Numbered from the stretch's first letter, positions 1 to 15,324 are shown. The stretch: 64,000 nucleotides of DNA from Octopus bimaculoides (GCF_001194135.2 NC_068990.1:11753742-11817741), one strand, 5' to 3'. Made by a program: numbers and translations. Notes: a model not told the origin generated them from the letters alone.

Positions 1-55
<55 letters not shown>

Positions 56-520
56 TAGATATATATATATATATATATGTATATATATCTATATGCATAT
101 ATATATAGATATACAGAAACATATACACATTCATATGTGTAGTTGTGTGTGTGTGTGTGTGTGCGTGCGTGTATATATATATATGTGTGTGTATGTATAT
201 AAATCTTTATCAGGGAAATGTCAATAAGACATATATATTTTATAAGGTAATATAATATTATTGTATTACATTCATATATAAATATCATATACATATATAT
301 AAACACACACACACACACATATCTAATAGGAAGATATAGATAAGGAAATGTATTTTTATAATATTATGTAATATGTGTGTATGTATGTAATAAACATACA
401 CATATGTACTATATACATACATACACAAGCATACATAATATACATACACATATGTACTATATACATACACATACATATATATATAAACATACATACATAC
501 ATGTATTTATTTTAACTAAC
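1..520. repeat. (TA)n/(TG)n/(TACA)n microsatellite field
   Basis: Directly visible di- and tetranucleotide runs; the 285..494 ORF is just their translation. Confidence 0.95.
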
Positions 521-622
521 TGACATATAAGTATAGTTATAAGTATAGACACATGTAAGCAGAAAACTATAAACTTTTTATCTATTTCTATATATTTCCC
601 TTCTTTCTCCTTTTATTATTGC

Positions 623-660
<38 letters not shown>

Positions 661-1139
661 GGATTATTATTATTATTTCCTTTTTGACCATCTCTTCCTA
701 TCACTGAGTATATCTTGTATGAAATTAATAAACACAAAAAAAAAAATGAATATAACCCATAACAAGACAGGATGACATTTGAGTGGGCGTGACCTCAGTT
801 TGTCACAGATTCTGGTGAACTGATTGAGTACCTTGTCACATTCCAGTGAACACAGTTCTGACTGAACAAGAAGCCTTGCCATCCTCCACACTCATGTCCT
901 ATCCTACAATTTCATCAATATTACTTTATATAGATACGCACCATTTAACTCTGGTTTATTCTTATTGTATGACTGTTACTATGGATTGTCACTTTATATG
1001 TACGCATTGTCTATGTGTAATACAAGTGAAAGTGTATGCGTGCGTGTCTGTATGTCTGTCTCTGACTGTGTCTGTGTTTGTGAGTTTGAATTTATTGTGT
1101 GTGTGGTTAGCTTGTTTTTGTTTTTTATTTTGCATAAAT

Positions 1140-1900
<761 letters not shown>

Positions 1901-2239
1901 GTGTGTTTTATTATCAGTAATATACCTGTTTCATTATATGCATTATATAATATATATTATTATACATTACATACTGCATATCTCTGTATGTATATGTGAC
2001 TCAGTATTTGCCATTGTAGGTTTTTTCTATATATCTGTATATATGGTGGGGAGCAGTATCTATTTTCTCTATTTCTACATAAATAAATTTGTTTCTATAT
2101 TCAGTACATGTGTGTGAGTATGTGATATTTAATGCGGATATATGTGCATGTTGATTATATTATATGTGTACGTAGTCCATGAAATGTTAACTTCTAAATG
2201 TGTGTCATTCAGTTTTTAGTGTATGCAATTGGTGATTTA

Positions 2240-3660
<1,421 letters not shown>

Positions 3661-4120
3661 AATCATATATACATACAAGTACTGACACAGTGAAGACATG
3701 AATTCATATAGACACTGCTATTAAATTCAAACTATACTGTTTGGCATAATATTCTGAGAATTCTCTCCTCACAATTCTGTTCTATGATATAGAAGATTAT
3801 ATCCTATTATCTTCCAGTAAATTCTTGTTAATTCCCATATAGTCATCCACGCACATACCTGCACATACAGATATATTTATGCACATACATACACATGTAG
3901 ACACATTTGCATACATGTACACAGACATTTATCCATATATATATACACAATGCTCTGGTCTCAATAAAAGCCAACATATATGAATGACAATTTGTATTCT
4001 TCTTTCTAGCATTATTGTATTGATTTCCATCATAGACATAGTGTCTTAGGTTTATTGGTGAGTTGCAAAAGCCATAGAGATGTAAGGGCATCACCCAAGG
4101 CTTTGCATTCCTTTAGTTTA

Positions 4121-4342
4121 TTCAACCCTTTTGATACCAACCCACCTGAGACTACCTCCATTCTGTAATACAAACTTCCTGTCATAAGTGATCTAAATTA
4201 AAACCTTCCAACAAAATTTTGTGTTCATTTATGCTCCAAACACCAGTTTAATGACAACAATGTTCTCTCATCTTCATTACTTTCAAAATCAATTTAAACA
4301 AAACCAGAAGTCTCTCAAAAGAAATGTAGTAACAAAATGGTT
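4121..4342. mobile_element. Degenerate short element with CCCTTT...AAAnGG ends (MITE-like)
   Basis: Starts TTCAACCCTTTTGATAC and ends GTAACAAAATGGTT, an imperfect inverted pair similar in style to the TTAA-CCC MITE at 35841. Confidence 0.35.
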
Positions 4343-4589
4343 TTGTGCTTAGAGCAACGTGAATAGTCAGTTAGTTTGATAGAATACATGTCTCCTAGCT
4401 CATGGTGGTAGACTTAATCTGTCACACTACTCAACACCACTCCCTGATACTTAAGTACCTTTAATAGATTTCATTCTTTGCTTGTATTTGTTCTAAGTCT
4501 TCAGTTCTTGCAGATAGCTGCCACCTTTCTGGTCATTACTTTCAAAAACCATGGAAGGGATTCTGGAAGCTGTCTTTCCACCTCTAATT

Positions 4590-5037
4590 GTTGTTGTTGT
4601 TGGCATTCCGTCGCTTACGACGTCGAGGGTTCCAGTTGATCTGATCAATGGAACAGCCTGCTCGTGAAATTAACGTGCAAGTGGCTGAGCACTCCACAGA
4701 CACATGTACCCTTAATGTAGTTCTCGGGGAGATTCAGCGTGACACAGTGTGACAAGGCTGACCCTTTCAATTACAGGCAAAACAGAAACAGGAAGTAAGA
4801 GTAAGAGAAAGTTGTGGTGAAAGAGTATAACAGGGTTCACCACCATCCCCTGCCAGAGCCTCGTAGAGCTTTAGGTGTTTTCGCTCAATAAACACTCACA
4901 ACGCCCGGTCTGGGAATCGAAACCGCNNNNNNNNNNGTTTTCGCTCAATAAACACTCACAACGCCCGGTCTGGGAATCGAAACCGCGATCCTATGACAGT
5001 GAGACCGCTGCCCTAACCACTTGGCCATTGTGCTTCC
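4590..5037 (-). mobile_element. tRNA-derived SINE family C, full length, 12 bp TSD
   Basis: Minus-strand head with A box TGGCCAAGTGG and B box GGTTTCGATTCCC, (AAC)n tail. Flanked by CCACCTCTAATT at 4578-4589 and 5038-5049. Second copy at 42318-42711. Confidence 0.88.
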
Positions 5038-5169
5038 CCACCTCTAATTAAACCAGAAAAAAGAAAGGAAAGAAGCTATACAGCTATAATGACCTGGCTC
5101 TCTGGCGGTTACAACGACAAATGTTCCAGTTGATACAATCAACAGAACTGCTCTTTAAAATGCAGGTAC

Positions 5170-5310
5170 TTCTGATTTTTGTCAGCTGAGTCAATTGGAG
5201 CAACATGAAATAAAGTTCTTGCTCAAGGACACAATGTACTACCAGGAAACAAACTCACGACCTTACAATTGTGAGCTGAATGCACTAACCACTAGGTCAT
5301 GTGCCTTATT
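5170..5310 (-). mobile_element. SINE family E fragment (tRNA head + CORE-like domain)
   Basis: CAGCTGAGTCAATTGGAGCAACATGAAATAAAGTTCTTGCTCAAGGACACAA matches the E copy at 56240-56281 and 56669-56690. Confidence 0.55.
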
Positions 5311-5361
5311 ATATGCTATATTCATATAAGTTATCTTCATGTAATAATCATTTAACCATTA

Positions 5362-5760
5362 CTCTTTTACTTGTTTCAGTCATTTGACTGTGGCCATGCT
5401 GGAGCACCGCCTTTAGTAGAGCAGATCGATCCCAGGACTTATTCTTTGTAAGCTTAGTACTTATTCTATCAGTCCCTTTCGCTGAACCACTAAGTGACGG
5501 GGGACGTAAACACACCAGCATTGGTTGTCAAGCGATGTTGGGGAGACAAACAGACACACAAACACACACACACACACATACACACACATATATATATGAT
5601 GGGCTTCTTTTCAGTTTCCTTCTACCAAATCCACTCAAAAGGCTTTGGTCGGCCCAAGGCTATAGTGGAAGACACTTGCCCTAGGTGCCACGCAGTGGGA
5701 CTGAACCCAGAACCATGTGGTTCGTAAGCAAGCTACTTACCACACAGCCACTCCTATGCC
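5362..5760 (-). mobile_element. tRNA-derived SINE family A, near full length
   Basis: Minus-strand head with A box TGGCTGTGTGG and B box GGTTCAGTCCC, internal (CA)/(TA) microsatellite, AAAAGAGTA-type tail. At least 10 related copies in the window. Confidence 0.9.
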
Positions 5761-6344
5761 TATGCAGGATTTTAATTCATAAGCGTAAGCTGTCACAATA
5801 GTCAAGATAACAAGTGCACTGCAATGCAGTCACATGGCTTGCTAAAAGTAGTTGTCAAATCTTTCTTAAATTATGCCATAGTATGTTAAAAGAAGGAAGG
5901 ACCCATTAAGTAATGAGACCTCTAGTATAACACTAATAAACATTGAATCAGGTACATTTGATCTATAATGCTGTGTTCATCACTATTCATATTTAAATTA
6001 CAATTATATCTAGAACGAATTTTATCATTCAAGCTGCATAGCTCCTCAACGACATCCAATTAGCAGCCTTCTCAATCTTGGTTATCAATTTATGAATACT
6101 CATGTTACTTCTGAACACTGTTGAGTGTTGTTAATCATACAGCAAGCTCAGTTTATGATGTGCATTCAATTATGTATAGCTAATATATGTTATCAACTCC
6201 AATGAGCTATAAGGAATTACAGGACACGTTCATATCTCTCTAACGACTTTGGTGTCTCTAGGTTTTCTAAGCTTAGAGCTTCTCGTTATTAGTTTTCAGA
6301 TATAGATCTCATTAAATATTTGTGTATTTATAACCTTTGTACCA

Positions 6345-6545
6345 AATATACGAAGCCTCTATGTGGTTGCTTGCCCTGCTAGAAATAACAACTAACTCTC
6401 TTTGAAATCATAACCACCTGTCTTAAAAAATTGACATGATACTCTATATAATGTATTCCTGCATAACTACTAAAAGAGGGGTTGGTCATGTTTGGAATAA
6501 CCTTGATCATCAAGTTGAAACTAGGGATCAAACATAACAAGGATC
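6345..6545 (+). mobile_element. Dispersed repeat family H
   Basis: CTGCTAGAAATA...AAATCA...TGTCTTAAAAAA...GGTCATG motif recurs near 5820, 18330, 21860 (-), 30700, 36470, 37970 (-) and 58040 (-). Confidence 0.55.
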
Positions 6546-6711
6546 ATTCACATAAAACTGAACTTCTACATTACATCTTTGCCTTATATTTTATGGGGTT
6601 TTTTTTTTGTGGGAAATAGCTGATTATGTATTATATTTCTTGGCTTTAATTAACCATTAGCACAATATTTTGATCAGGAAAGAAATATAGCACATTTCTC
6701 ATGTGAGTGAC

Positions 6712-6875
6712 AAGTAAAAAACACCCAGCACACTCTGTAAAATGGTTGGTGGTAGGAAGAGCATCCAGGCATAAAACCCATGCCGCAACAAACAACTGAA
6801 GCCTGGCCAGCTCCTGCCAAATAGTCCAACCCATGCCAGCATAGAAAATAGACATTAAACAATGATGATGATGAC
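6712..6875 (+). mobile_element. Family D retroposon 3' end, diverged
   Basis: AGGAAGAGCATCCAG...TCCAACCCATGCCAGCATAGAAAATAGACATTAAACAATGATGATG is homologous to 50597-50773. Confidence 0.7.
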
Positions 6876-7437
6876 TATATTATTGCTGAACACATTTTAT
6901 TGAATTTAATGATACAAAAGGTGAGGGTGAGATTGGAGGAACTTAAACCCTGACATAGAAGGGCAGAACTACTTTATCTAATATGCTGTCCATTCACACA
7001 TACACATTGAGTAAATAAAGACACTTACTGGGACACAGATTAATTGTGGCATCTCCTCCTACTTTTGACTTCTATTCTACTTTAATCTTTGGCATGTTAA
7101 CAATCAGGATTTTGATACTAGCTTACTTTCCCAAGCATACACAAATACACACACACACATCTATATATAGCATGTAAACATGCATATATGTGTATGTATG
7201 TGTGTGTGTGTGTGTATGTGTGTGTGTGTGCATGTATTATTTATGTGAAACATGATAAATGCATGAAATGCACAATGGATAAAGGAGGTGACATTTAGCA
7301 GTCAATATAATGATAGGATTTTGTCTATTGAGTATAAAACTGAAAATATCTTTATATTATTGATGAATTACTGGAGGGAAATTTGGCAAAGATTCTGAGA
7401 GAAATACATTTGGATCATTTTATAAAAATTATTCAGG

Positions 7438-7476
<39 letters not shown>

Positions 7477-7647
7477 ATGCGCACATGCATGGACATATAC
7501 ATACACACACACATACACATACATGCACATACACATGTACTCACATGTACTCGCATATACATATATATATATATATATAGATATATATATCTGTGTGTGT
7601 GTGTGAATTGATAGATAGACAGATAGGTAGATAGATACATTGAAGAT

Positions 7648-7896
7648 AGCAAGCTGGTAGAAATGTCAGCACGCTGGTAGAAATGTCAGCACGCTGGGCG
7701 AAATGCTTAGAGTATTTTGTCTGTCTTTACGTTCTGAGTTCAAATTCCGCCAAGGTCAACTTTGCCTTTCATCCTTTCAGGGTCGATAAATTAAGTACCA
7801 GTTGCACACTGGGGTCGCTGTAATCGACTTAATCCCTTTGTCTGTCCTTGTTTGTCCCCTCTATGTTTAGCCCCTTGTGGGCAATAAAGAAATAAG
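7648..7896 (+). mobile_element. tRNA-derived SINE family B (long-tail subtype)
   Basis: GCTGGTAGAAATGTCAGCAC head duplicated in tandem (20 bp), B box GAGTTCAAATTCC, ends GGGCAATAAAGAAATAAGA. Confidence 0.88.
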
Positions 7897-8139
7897 ATAG
7901 ATAGATGGACGGACGGACGGACGGATGGATGGACAGACGGATGGATACAGTAAAGTTTGAATTACAAGCAACTCTAACAATGTATTGAATATATGTGTTT
8001 TGTTTATTTGCTTATTAGCTGCAGGATAGTGTCAGGGGATAAACTTCCATTCAGACAATGGGGGTTAAAAATAAATGAATATTCCAAACCATGTGAGATA
8101 GATTACACCATAGTTGAATGAAGATGTGTAAGGCCCGAA

Positions 8140-8325
8140 ATGTTATTGGGAGTGGGGCCAGTCTATTAGATCGACCTCAGTATGCAACTGGTACTTAATT
8201 TATTGACCTCCGTAAAGATGAAAAGCAAAGTCGATCTCAGTGGAATTTGAACTCAGAATGTAAAGACAGATGAAATACCACTAAGCATTTCACCCTGTGT
8301 GTTAATGTTCTTGCCAGCTCACTGC
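8140..8325 (-). mobile_element. SINE family B
   Basis: Reverse complement of the B consensus (GGAATTTGAACTCAGAA; CTGGTACTTAATTTATTGACC). Confidence 0.8.
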
Positions 8326-8444
8326 CTTGAAGATGCCAGATATTGATACATCCAGTGTTATTTCAGCACCTTGGCATCATATATCCAAGTCACCCCAAGA
8401 TGAATTTAAATCAATTGAAGAACTGCTTCTGATTCAAAGCACAA

Positions 8445-8502
<58 letters not shown>

Positions 8503-8506
8503 CCTG

Positions 8507-8645
8507 TACGACAGGCTTCTTTCAGTTTCCATCAACCAAATCCCCTGATAAGGCTTTGTTCGGCCTGAGGTTATAGTAGAAGTCACTTGCCTAAGGTGTC
8601 ACACAGTGGGACTGAAACCAGAACCACGTTGTTGGGAAGCAAGAC
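8507..8645 (-). mobile_element. SINE family A, head half only
   Basis: GGCTTCTTTCAGTTTCCATC...GTGGGACTGAAACCAGAACCAC. Confidence 0.7.
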
Positions 8646-8699
8646 ACACCTGTATATGTATGTGTGTGTTGTATGTGTGCATATGTTTTTCTATATTCG

Positions 8700-8880
8700 T
8701 TTACTCTTTTATCGTTTAAGTCATTTGACTGCAGCCATGCTGGAGCTCTGCTGTTAGTTGAGCAAATTGACAATAATTATTCTATCAGTCTCTTTTGCCG
8801 AACCGCTAAGTTACGGTGGTCGTAAAGACAACAGCATCGGTTCTCAAGAAATGTGGGGGGTGGGACACAGACATAATATC
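8700..8880 (-). mobile_element. SINE family A, tail half only
   Basis: AGTCATTTGACTGCAGCCATGCTGGAGC...TTTTGCCGAACCGCTAAGTTACGG. Confidence 0.7.
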
Positions 8881-9892
8881 ATATGCACACACACACACAA
8901 CTCTTCAGTGTTGCTCCAGCATGGCCACAGTCTAATGATTAAGATGAGTGCATGATAAAGGATAAAAGTACACATTGGTCATAGCTCCAACTAATTTTTT
9001 AATTAGTTTTAGAGAATTCTAAGTAAATGAATGCTTTCATTAACTTGTGGCACATAAAGTTTGTGTGAGTCTAACTTCAATATATATGTTTGTATGTATA
9101 GTATGTTCTTATGCATGTATGTATGTATGTGTACACACTAACATAGATACTAGCTTCCTGGTAATTAATCGATATTAATTAATATATGATTTTTTTGCCA
9201 TATTTTTTAATAATATATTAACCCTTACCGAGTTCTCATACTGGATATATGCGACACATTAAATATTCTCTGCAGACATATTCCTGGAATTAGCGCGCCA
9301 AAACGAAGACTTTTGAATTTTACCATTAAGCTGTAATTAGCAGAACCATATACATGCGCACCTATGCCGGTGGGCAACTTTGTATGGGGTTCTGATGATT
9401 ATGGTTCCATTACAAATCAGGCTGAAGAGAATAGACNNNNNNNNNNNNNNNNNNNNNNNNNNNNNNNNNNNNNNNNNNNNNNNNNNNNNNNNNNNNNNNN
9501 NNNNNNNNNNNNNNNNNNNNNNNNNNNNNNNNNNNNNNNNNNNNNNNNNNNNNNNNNNNNNNNNNNNNNNNNNNNNNNNNNNNNNNNNNNNNNNNNNNNN
9601 NNNNNNNNNNNNNNNNNNNNNNNNNNNNNNNNNNNNNNNNNNNNNNNNNNNNNNNNNNNNNNNNNNNNNNNNNNNNNNNNNNNNNNNNNNNNNNNNNNNN
9701 NNNNNNNNNNNNNNNNNNNNNNNNNNNNNNNNNNNNNNNNNNNNNNNNNNNNNNNNNNNNNNNNNNNNNNNNNNNNATATTGTTGTACTTGGGGATGGTC
9801 ATATTGCCAGTTTAGCCAATAAAAACACACGCACTGTATATTTGGTGTTAATTTGCTTCAGCTTTATATTACATTAATCTTAATCTTATTTC

Positions 9893-9937
9893 GGCCAGAG
9901 TTCTTTCGTCACACTTCTGTGACCTCATCAGTGGTCC
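9893..9937 (-). ncRNA. Candidate type I hammerhead ribozyme (minimal helix III)
   Basis: Minus strand GGACCA-CTGATGA-G-GTCACA-GAAG-TGTGAC-GAAA-GAAC-TC-TGGCC: both core boxes present, perfect 6 bp helix II, helix I CCA/TGG plus GG/CC, CUC triplet. Confidence 0.55.
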
Positions 9938-9989
9938 TTTGTTTCCTTCTTTCTTATGTGTGTCTCACCTTGCTAACTATCAGCCATTT

Positions 9990-11000
<1,011 letters not shown>

Positions 11001-11409
11001 TCAACCACACTTTTATATACATAAACATATACATATATAAAATACGAAAGAATTATTGAAAAATAAAATTTTATTTTCAACATTTTTTTTTTTTATCTTT
11101 ACTAACCATTAACATTTTCTGAAGAAATAGGTGAAACATAAATATATATTCAATATATATGAAGTAGAGAGACAGAGAGAAAGAGAATTAGTGAGTGAGT
11201 GGGTGAGTGAGAGAGAGCAAAAAATAATCAGGAATTTTTAGTGAAAAAGGAAAGGCTTCAAGAATTTTCACTGAGCTATTATGTTGGACATGTTAGGAAG
11301 TGGTTCTGAATGGAATGAAAACCTTACATTTGCATGTTTCTTCGCCTGAATTTATCTTAACTGAACTTTACACCTGCAATTTGTCGTCAAAACTGCATGT
11401 GAAATTATT

Positions 11410-11790
11410 GATATGATCTGTGTATGCGCATGTGTATGTGTGTGTGTGTTTGTGTGGGTGTTTATAGGAGTTCATTATGCATGCATATATATGTATATAT
11501 ATATATGCATATACATGTGTATGCACGTGTGTGTGTGAGTGTATGTATATATAATTATGTATATATATATATATATGTAAATATATGAGTACATATATAT
11601 ATATGTATGTATATATATTTATATATACATACACAAACATATATATATATATATATACATACACATGCATATATATACACACACATATATATATACATAT
11701 ATGCATGTATATATATGTATATATATATACATATATGTATATATATACACATATATGTATGTATGTATTTTTATGCTATATGTATATTAT
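11410..11790. repeat. Degenerate (TA)n/(TG)n field
   Basis: Visible low-complexity run. Confidence 0.9.
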
Positions 11791-12557
11791 TTACATGTAC
11801 AGGTATCCATGTTTCCATATTTATAAACTCTGCATGTATAATGTGTACATGTCTTCTTGCTCCCTATACAATGAGTAAATAAACACATGTGAATATTTGT
11901 ATTCATGATATTTGCTTAATTTTGTTATTTTAGATTTTTCTTCATTCATTTATTTATTTATTTATTTTACACTTCTGTTCTTCCTTTCCAACCAAATGCG
12001 AGAGAATATTCCTCAGAAATATTATTTATATAATTTACTGCAGAAAAAATAAGAACGAAAAAATATACAACAAAGGGAAATGATAAAAAATATCAAATAA
12101 TTTATGAAAAAACTGTAAAATGGAAATATAAACGAGAAAAATATATCATACTTCATTTTCTTTGTATTAAATATATAATTTCAATAAAACTGCATTTCTA
12201 TGGGAAACAGGTGATGAAGCCATAAAAATGTATTGGTTCTAAGCGGTTTGAAATGGCTGCAAATACATGAATTGGCAAAGTTGTATATTTCTATCAAATA
12301 TTCTCATCATTTGTTATCATAAATGTCATCTCATTCATTATTTTTCTTTATCTTGTACGTTTTGCTTGTGTCAGTCATTGGACTGTAGCCATGCTTGGAC
12401 TTAGACTGGAAGGGTTTAGTTGAACAATTCAATCACAGTTGTCAAGCAGTTGTAGGGGGACAAACATAAGCATGAAGAACTATGCCTAAATATATACATA
12501 CATGCATGTGTGTGTTTGTGTGTGTGTATATATATATGTATATGCATATATGCATAC

Positions 12558-12597
<40 letters not shown>

Positions 12598-12770
12598 GTA
12601 TCGATATATATATGTATTGTATATATGTATGTATATATAAATGTATGCATATGTATATCTATATGTACATATATATGCATGTATGTATGTATGTGTACAT
12701 GCATGTATATATGTGTTTGTTCACGTGTGTATGTGCGTGTATATCCATATATATATATATATATAAATTC

Positions 12771-12867
12771 TTTTATTTGTTTCAGTCGTTTGTCTGCAGC
12801 CATGCTGGAGCACCACCCTTCTGCCAACATTGATTGTCAAGCGATGGTGGGGGCCAAAACCAGACAT

Positions 12868-12902
<35 letters not shown>

Positions 12903-13070
12903 CAATGGGCTTCTTTCAGTTTCCATCTACCAAATCCACTCAAGACTTTGGTTGGCCAGAGGCTATAGTAGAAGACACTTGCCCAAGGTGCCATGCAGTG
13001 AGACTGAACCGGAAGCCATGTGGTTGGTAAGCATGTTACTTACCACACAGCTACTCCTACATACATACAT
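12771..13070 (-). mobile_element. SINE family A with internal deletion
   Basis: Tail TTTGTTTCAGTCG...GCCATGCTGGAGCACC joined directly to CCAACATTGATTGTCAAGCGATG; head ends CTTACCACACAGCTACTCCT. Confidence 0.85.
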
Positions 13071-13091
13071 ACGTACATACATACATATAGA

Positions 13092-13212
13092 CATCATGGG
13101 CTTCCATTCAGTTTCTGTCTACCAAATTCATTGACAAGTCATTGGTGAGCCGAGGCCTGTAGTAAAAGACACTTGACCAAGGTACCATTTAGTGGGATTG
13201 AAACCACCATGA
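13092..13212 (-). mobile_element. SINE family A, head-side fragment
   Basis: ATGGGCTTCCATTCAGTTTCTGTCTACCAAAT...GACACTTGACCAAGG...GTGGGATTGAAACC. Confidence 0.7.
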
Positions 13213-14275
13213 CCACCATTACATTGATCATCATCGTCATTGTTGTCGCCGTCGTTATCATCAGCAGCACCATTCTCATCATCACCGCCACCACTACCAT
13301 TATCATCATCATCATTATCATCATCATCATAATTACAATTATTACTGTTGTCACAGCATTTAGATCTTTTTTTTTTTGTTTTTCTTTTTGTGTTTTTGCT
13401 TTGCTCTTAGACTTCACTTTATTCCAAACATTACCAAGCGAAAATTCTTCCCTTGGAGTTCTTGTCAATAAGGCTTTTATTTATATGCAGATGTCTGCTT
13501 TTGATACTTAAAGGTAGGCAAGCAAAATGTTCATCTTTGTAGATTTTTATATTTTATTCATTTTCACATTTTTCACAAAAATTTTACATCAAAATGTCTA
13601 CCAGACATTGCCCTCAGAGGAATACAGCACTGATCAAAATAAACATAAATATAAATGAATAAATAAATGAATTAATGAATGAATGAATAAATAAATAAAT
13701 AAATAAAAGAGCACTGGAATAAATTGCATCATACAATGAGCACTGACAGCAAAATGAAAAATTTAATGAATATTTAAATGAAAATTTAATAGAAAAAGAA
13801 ATAATTTTAAATAGTTCAACAAATATTTTGATTGTAGCAACCACAACAACAACAACAACAACGACAACACTCAAATGCAGTTGAATATGTTAGATAATGG
13901 ATATAGGAGTAGTATTAGAACAAGTTAGTTTTTGCCTCTAATATTAAGCTTCAAACATGATAAAGCTCCCAGAGAAATCGACCACGAGAACTCTGTGTGT
14001 ACAATTGAATAGTGTTGCTTTGTGCAAGGATCTGATCAGAGAGAGAGGAGAAAGTGGGGAGAGAGAGTGATGGAAGGGACAAGATAACACATTTTGTACT
14101 GCAAGAAGAATAGTGGATGTTTCCATCTCCTCTTGAAACAGGAGATAGATGTGCTCCACAGATTATTGGAAAATATCCTCTCGACAGGATTAGTTAAACT
14201 TGTATGCGTCTTTAAGAGAGAAGATTCAGCCAAACCATAAGAGATAATCAAACACCCTTTAACCTATAGAATTGT

Positions 14276-14528
14276 ACAGTTCTATATTTAAGAGATGAGG
14301 AATTATTTACAATTGACGGATATTTGTCCTCATCTTGTTTGTTGTTAACACGTTTCAGCTGATACACCCTCCAGCCTTCATCAGGTGTCTTGGGGAAATT
14401 TCAAACCTGGGTTCTCATTCCTAAGGTATTTTTCGATGTTATTATTATTATTACTATCATCATCATCATTATCATTATCATTATTGTTATTATTATTGTT
14501 ATTATTATTATTATCATTGTTATTATTA

Positions 14529-14567
<39 letters not shown>

Positions 14568-14620
14568 TCACGCCTGGAATCGAGCTTGTAATCTTGGGAT
14601 TAGTAGCCCGTGCTCTTAAC
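14276..14620 (-). mobile_element. tRNA-head/(AAT)n/hammerhead composite retroposon, copy 1 (5'-truncated head)
   Basis: Reverse complement is colinear with 39868-40169: partial tRNA head, ~135 bp (AAT/GAT/AAC)n linker, ATCGAAAAATACCTTAGGAATGAGAACCC, HHR, 3' end CCTCATCTCTTAAATATAGAACTGT. Confidence 0.85.
14346..14389 (-). ncRNA. Minimal type I hammerhead motif, 3 nt deletion at the cleavage site
   Basis: GACAC-CTGATGA-A-GGCTG-GAGGGTGTAT-CAGCT-GAAAC-GT-GTT; lacks TTG relative to the 14734 copy. Confidence 0.5.
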
Positions 14621-14826
14621 CCCAAGATTCTGAGTTCGATTTGAGGCAGTGACCTGAATAATAAGAAGAGGAAGATGAGGAAGAAGATCGAAAAATACCT
14701 TAGGAATGAGAACCAGGTTCAAAATTTCCCCAAGACACCTGATGAAGGCTGGAGGGCATATCAGCTGAAACGTTGTGTTAACAACAAGCAAGATGAGGAG
14801 AAATATCTGTCAAATGTAAATAATGT
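14617..14826 (+). mobile_element. tRNA-head/hammerhead composite retroposon, copy 2 (inverted against copy 1)
   Basis: B box GAGTTCGATTT, GGCAGTGACCTGAATAATAA, short (AAG/GAG)n linker, then the same HHR module. Confidence 0.85.
14734..14779 (+). ncRNA. Minimal type I hammerhead ribozyme, intact core
   Basis: GACAC-CTGATGA-A-GGCTG-GAGGGCATAT-CAGCT-GAAAC-GTT-GTGTT: helix I GACAC/GTGTT, 5 bp helix II, palindromic ACGT in place of helix III, GUU cleavage triplet. Confidence 0.72.
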
Positions 14827-14984
14827 CTGTAGAATTGTGCTGTAATATTTGGGGCAGAGAAATACAAGGGTGACAATAAGGAATACTGGGAAAAAATGGG
14901 GTTCTGTAGCTCATCATCACCAAAGTATTGCAAAAGGAGCAGGTATTTGACCAAAAGGGCTTCAAAATATATAGGTTTCAAATT

Positions 14985-15180
14985 TTGGTACAAGGTCAGC
15001 AATCACATCGAGCCCCAGTATATGACTGGTACTTATTTATTGACCTACCCCCCCACTCCCCAAAAAAGAATGAAAGGCAAAGTTAGCTTTGGTGGAACTT
15101 GAACTCAGAACATAAAAAGGAACAAAACGTTGTTCAGCATTTTATCCAACATGCTTATGATTCTGCCAGCTTGTTGCCCT
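14985..15180 (-). mobile_element. SINE family B
   Basis: CTGGTACTTATTTATTGACC...GAAAGGCAAAGTT...GAACTTGAACTCAGAAC. Confidence 0.8.
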
Positions 15181-15324
15181 ATTTGATGATGATGAGGATG
15201 ATGATGACGACGAGGACGATGACGATAATAATTGAGATTGCCAAGATGTGACAGCTACAAGATTCAAATATAAAGGGCATTGCTGTTGTGAGAATTTCAG
15301 AGTGCTCTTGTTATTATGACAGAT

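Noticed and set aside
673-960. Possible exon in unique sequence (ORFs 673..891 and 846..1169)
   Set aside because: No recognisable protein, and no convincing acceptor/donor pair on either strand.
4877-4986. ~50 bp direct duplication inside SINE C on both sides of a 10-N gap
   Set aside because: Identical sequence flanking a gap and absent from the 42318 copy; most likely an unmerged contig overlap.
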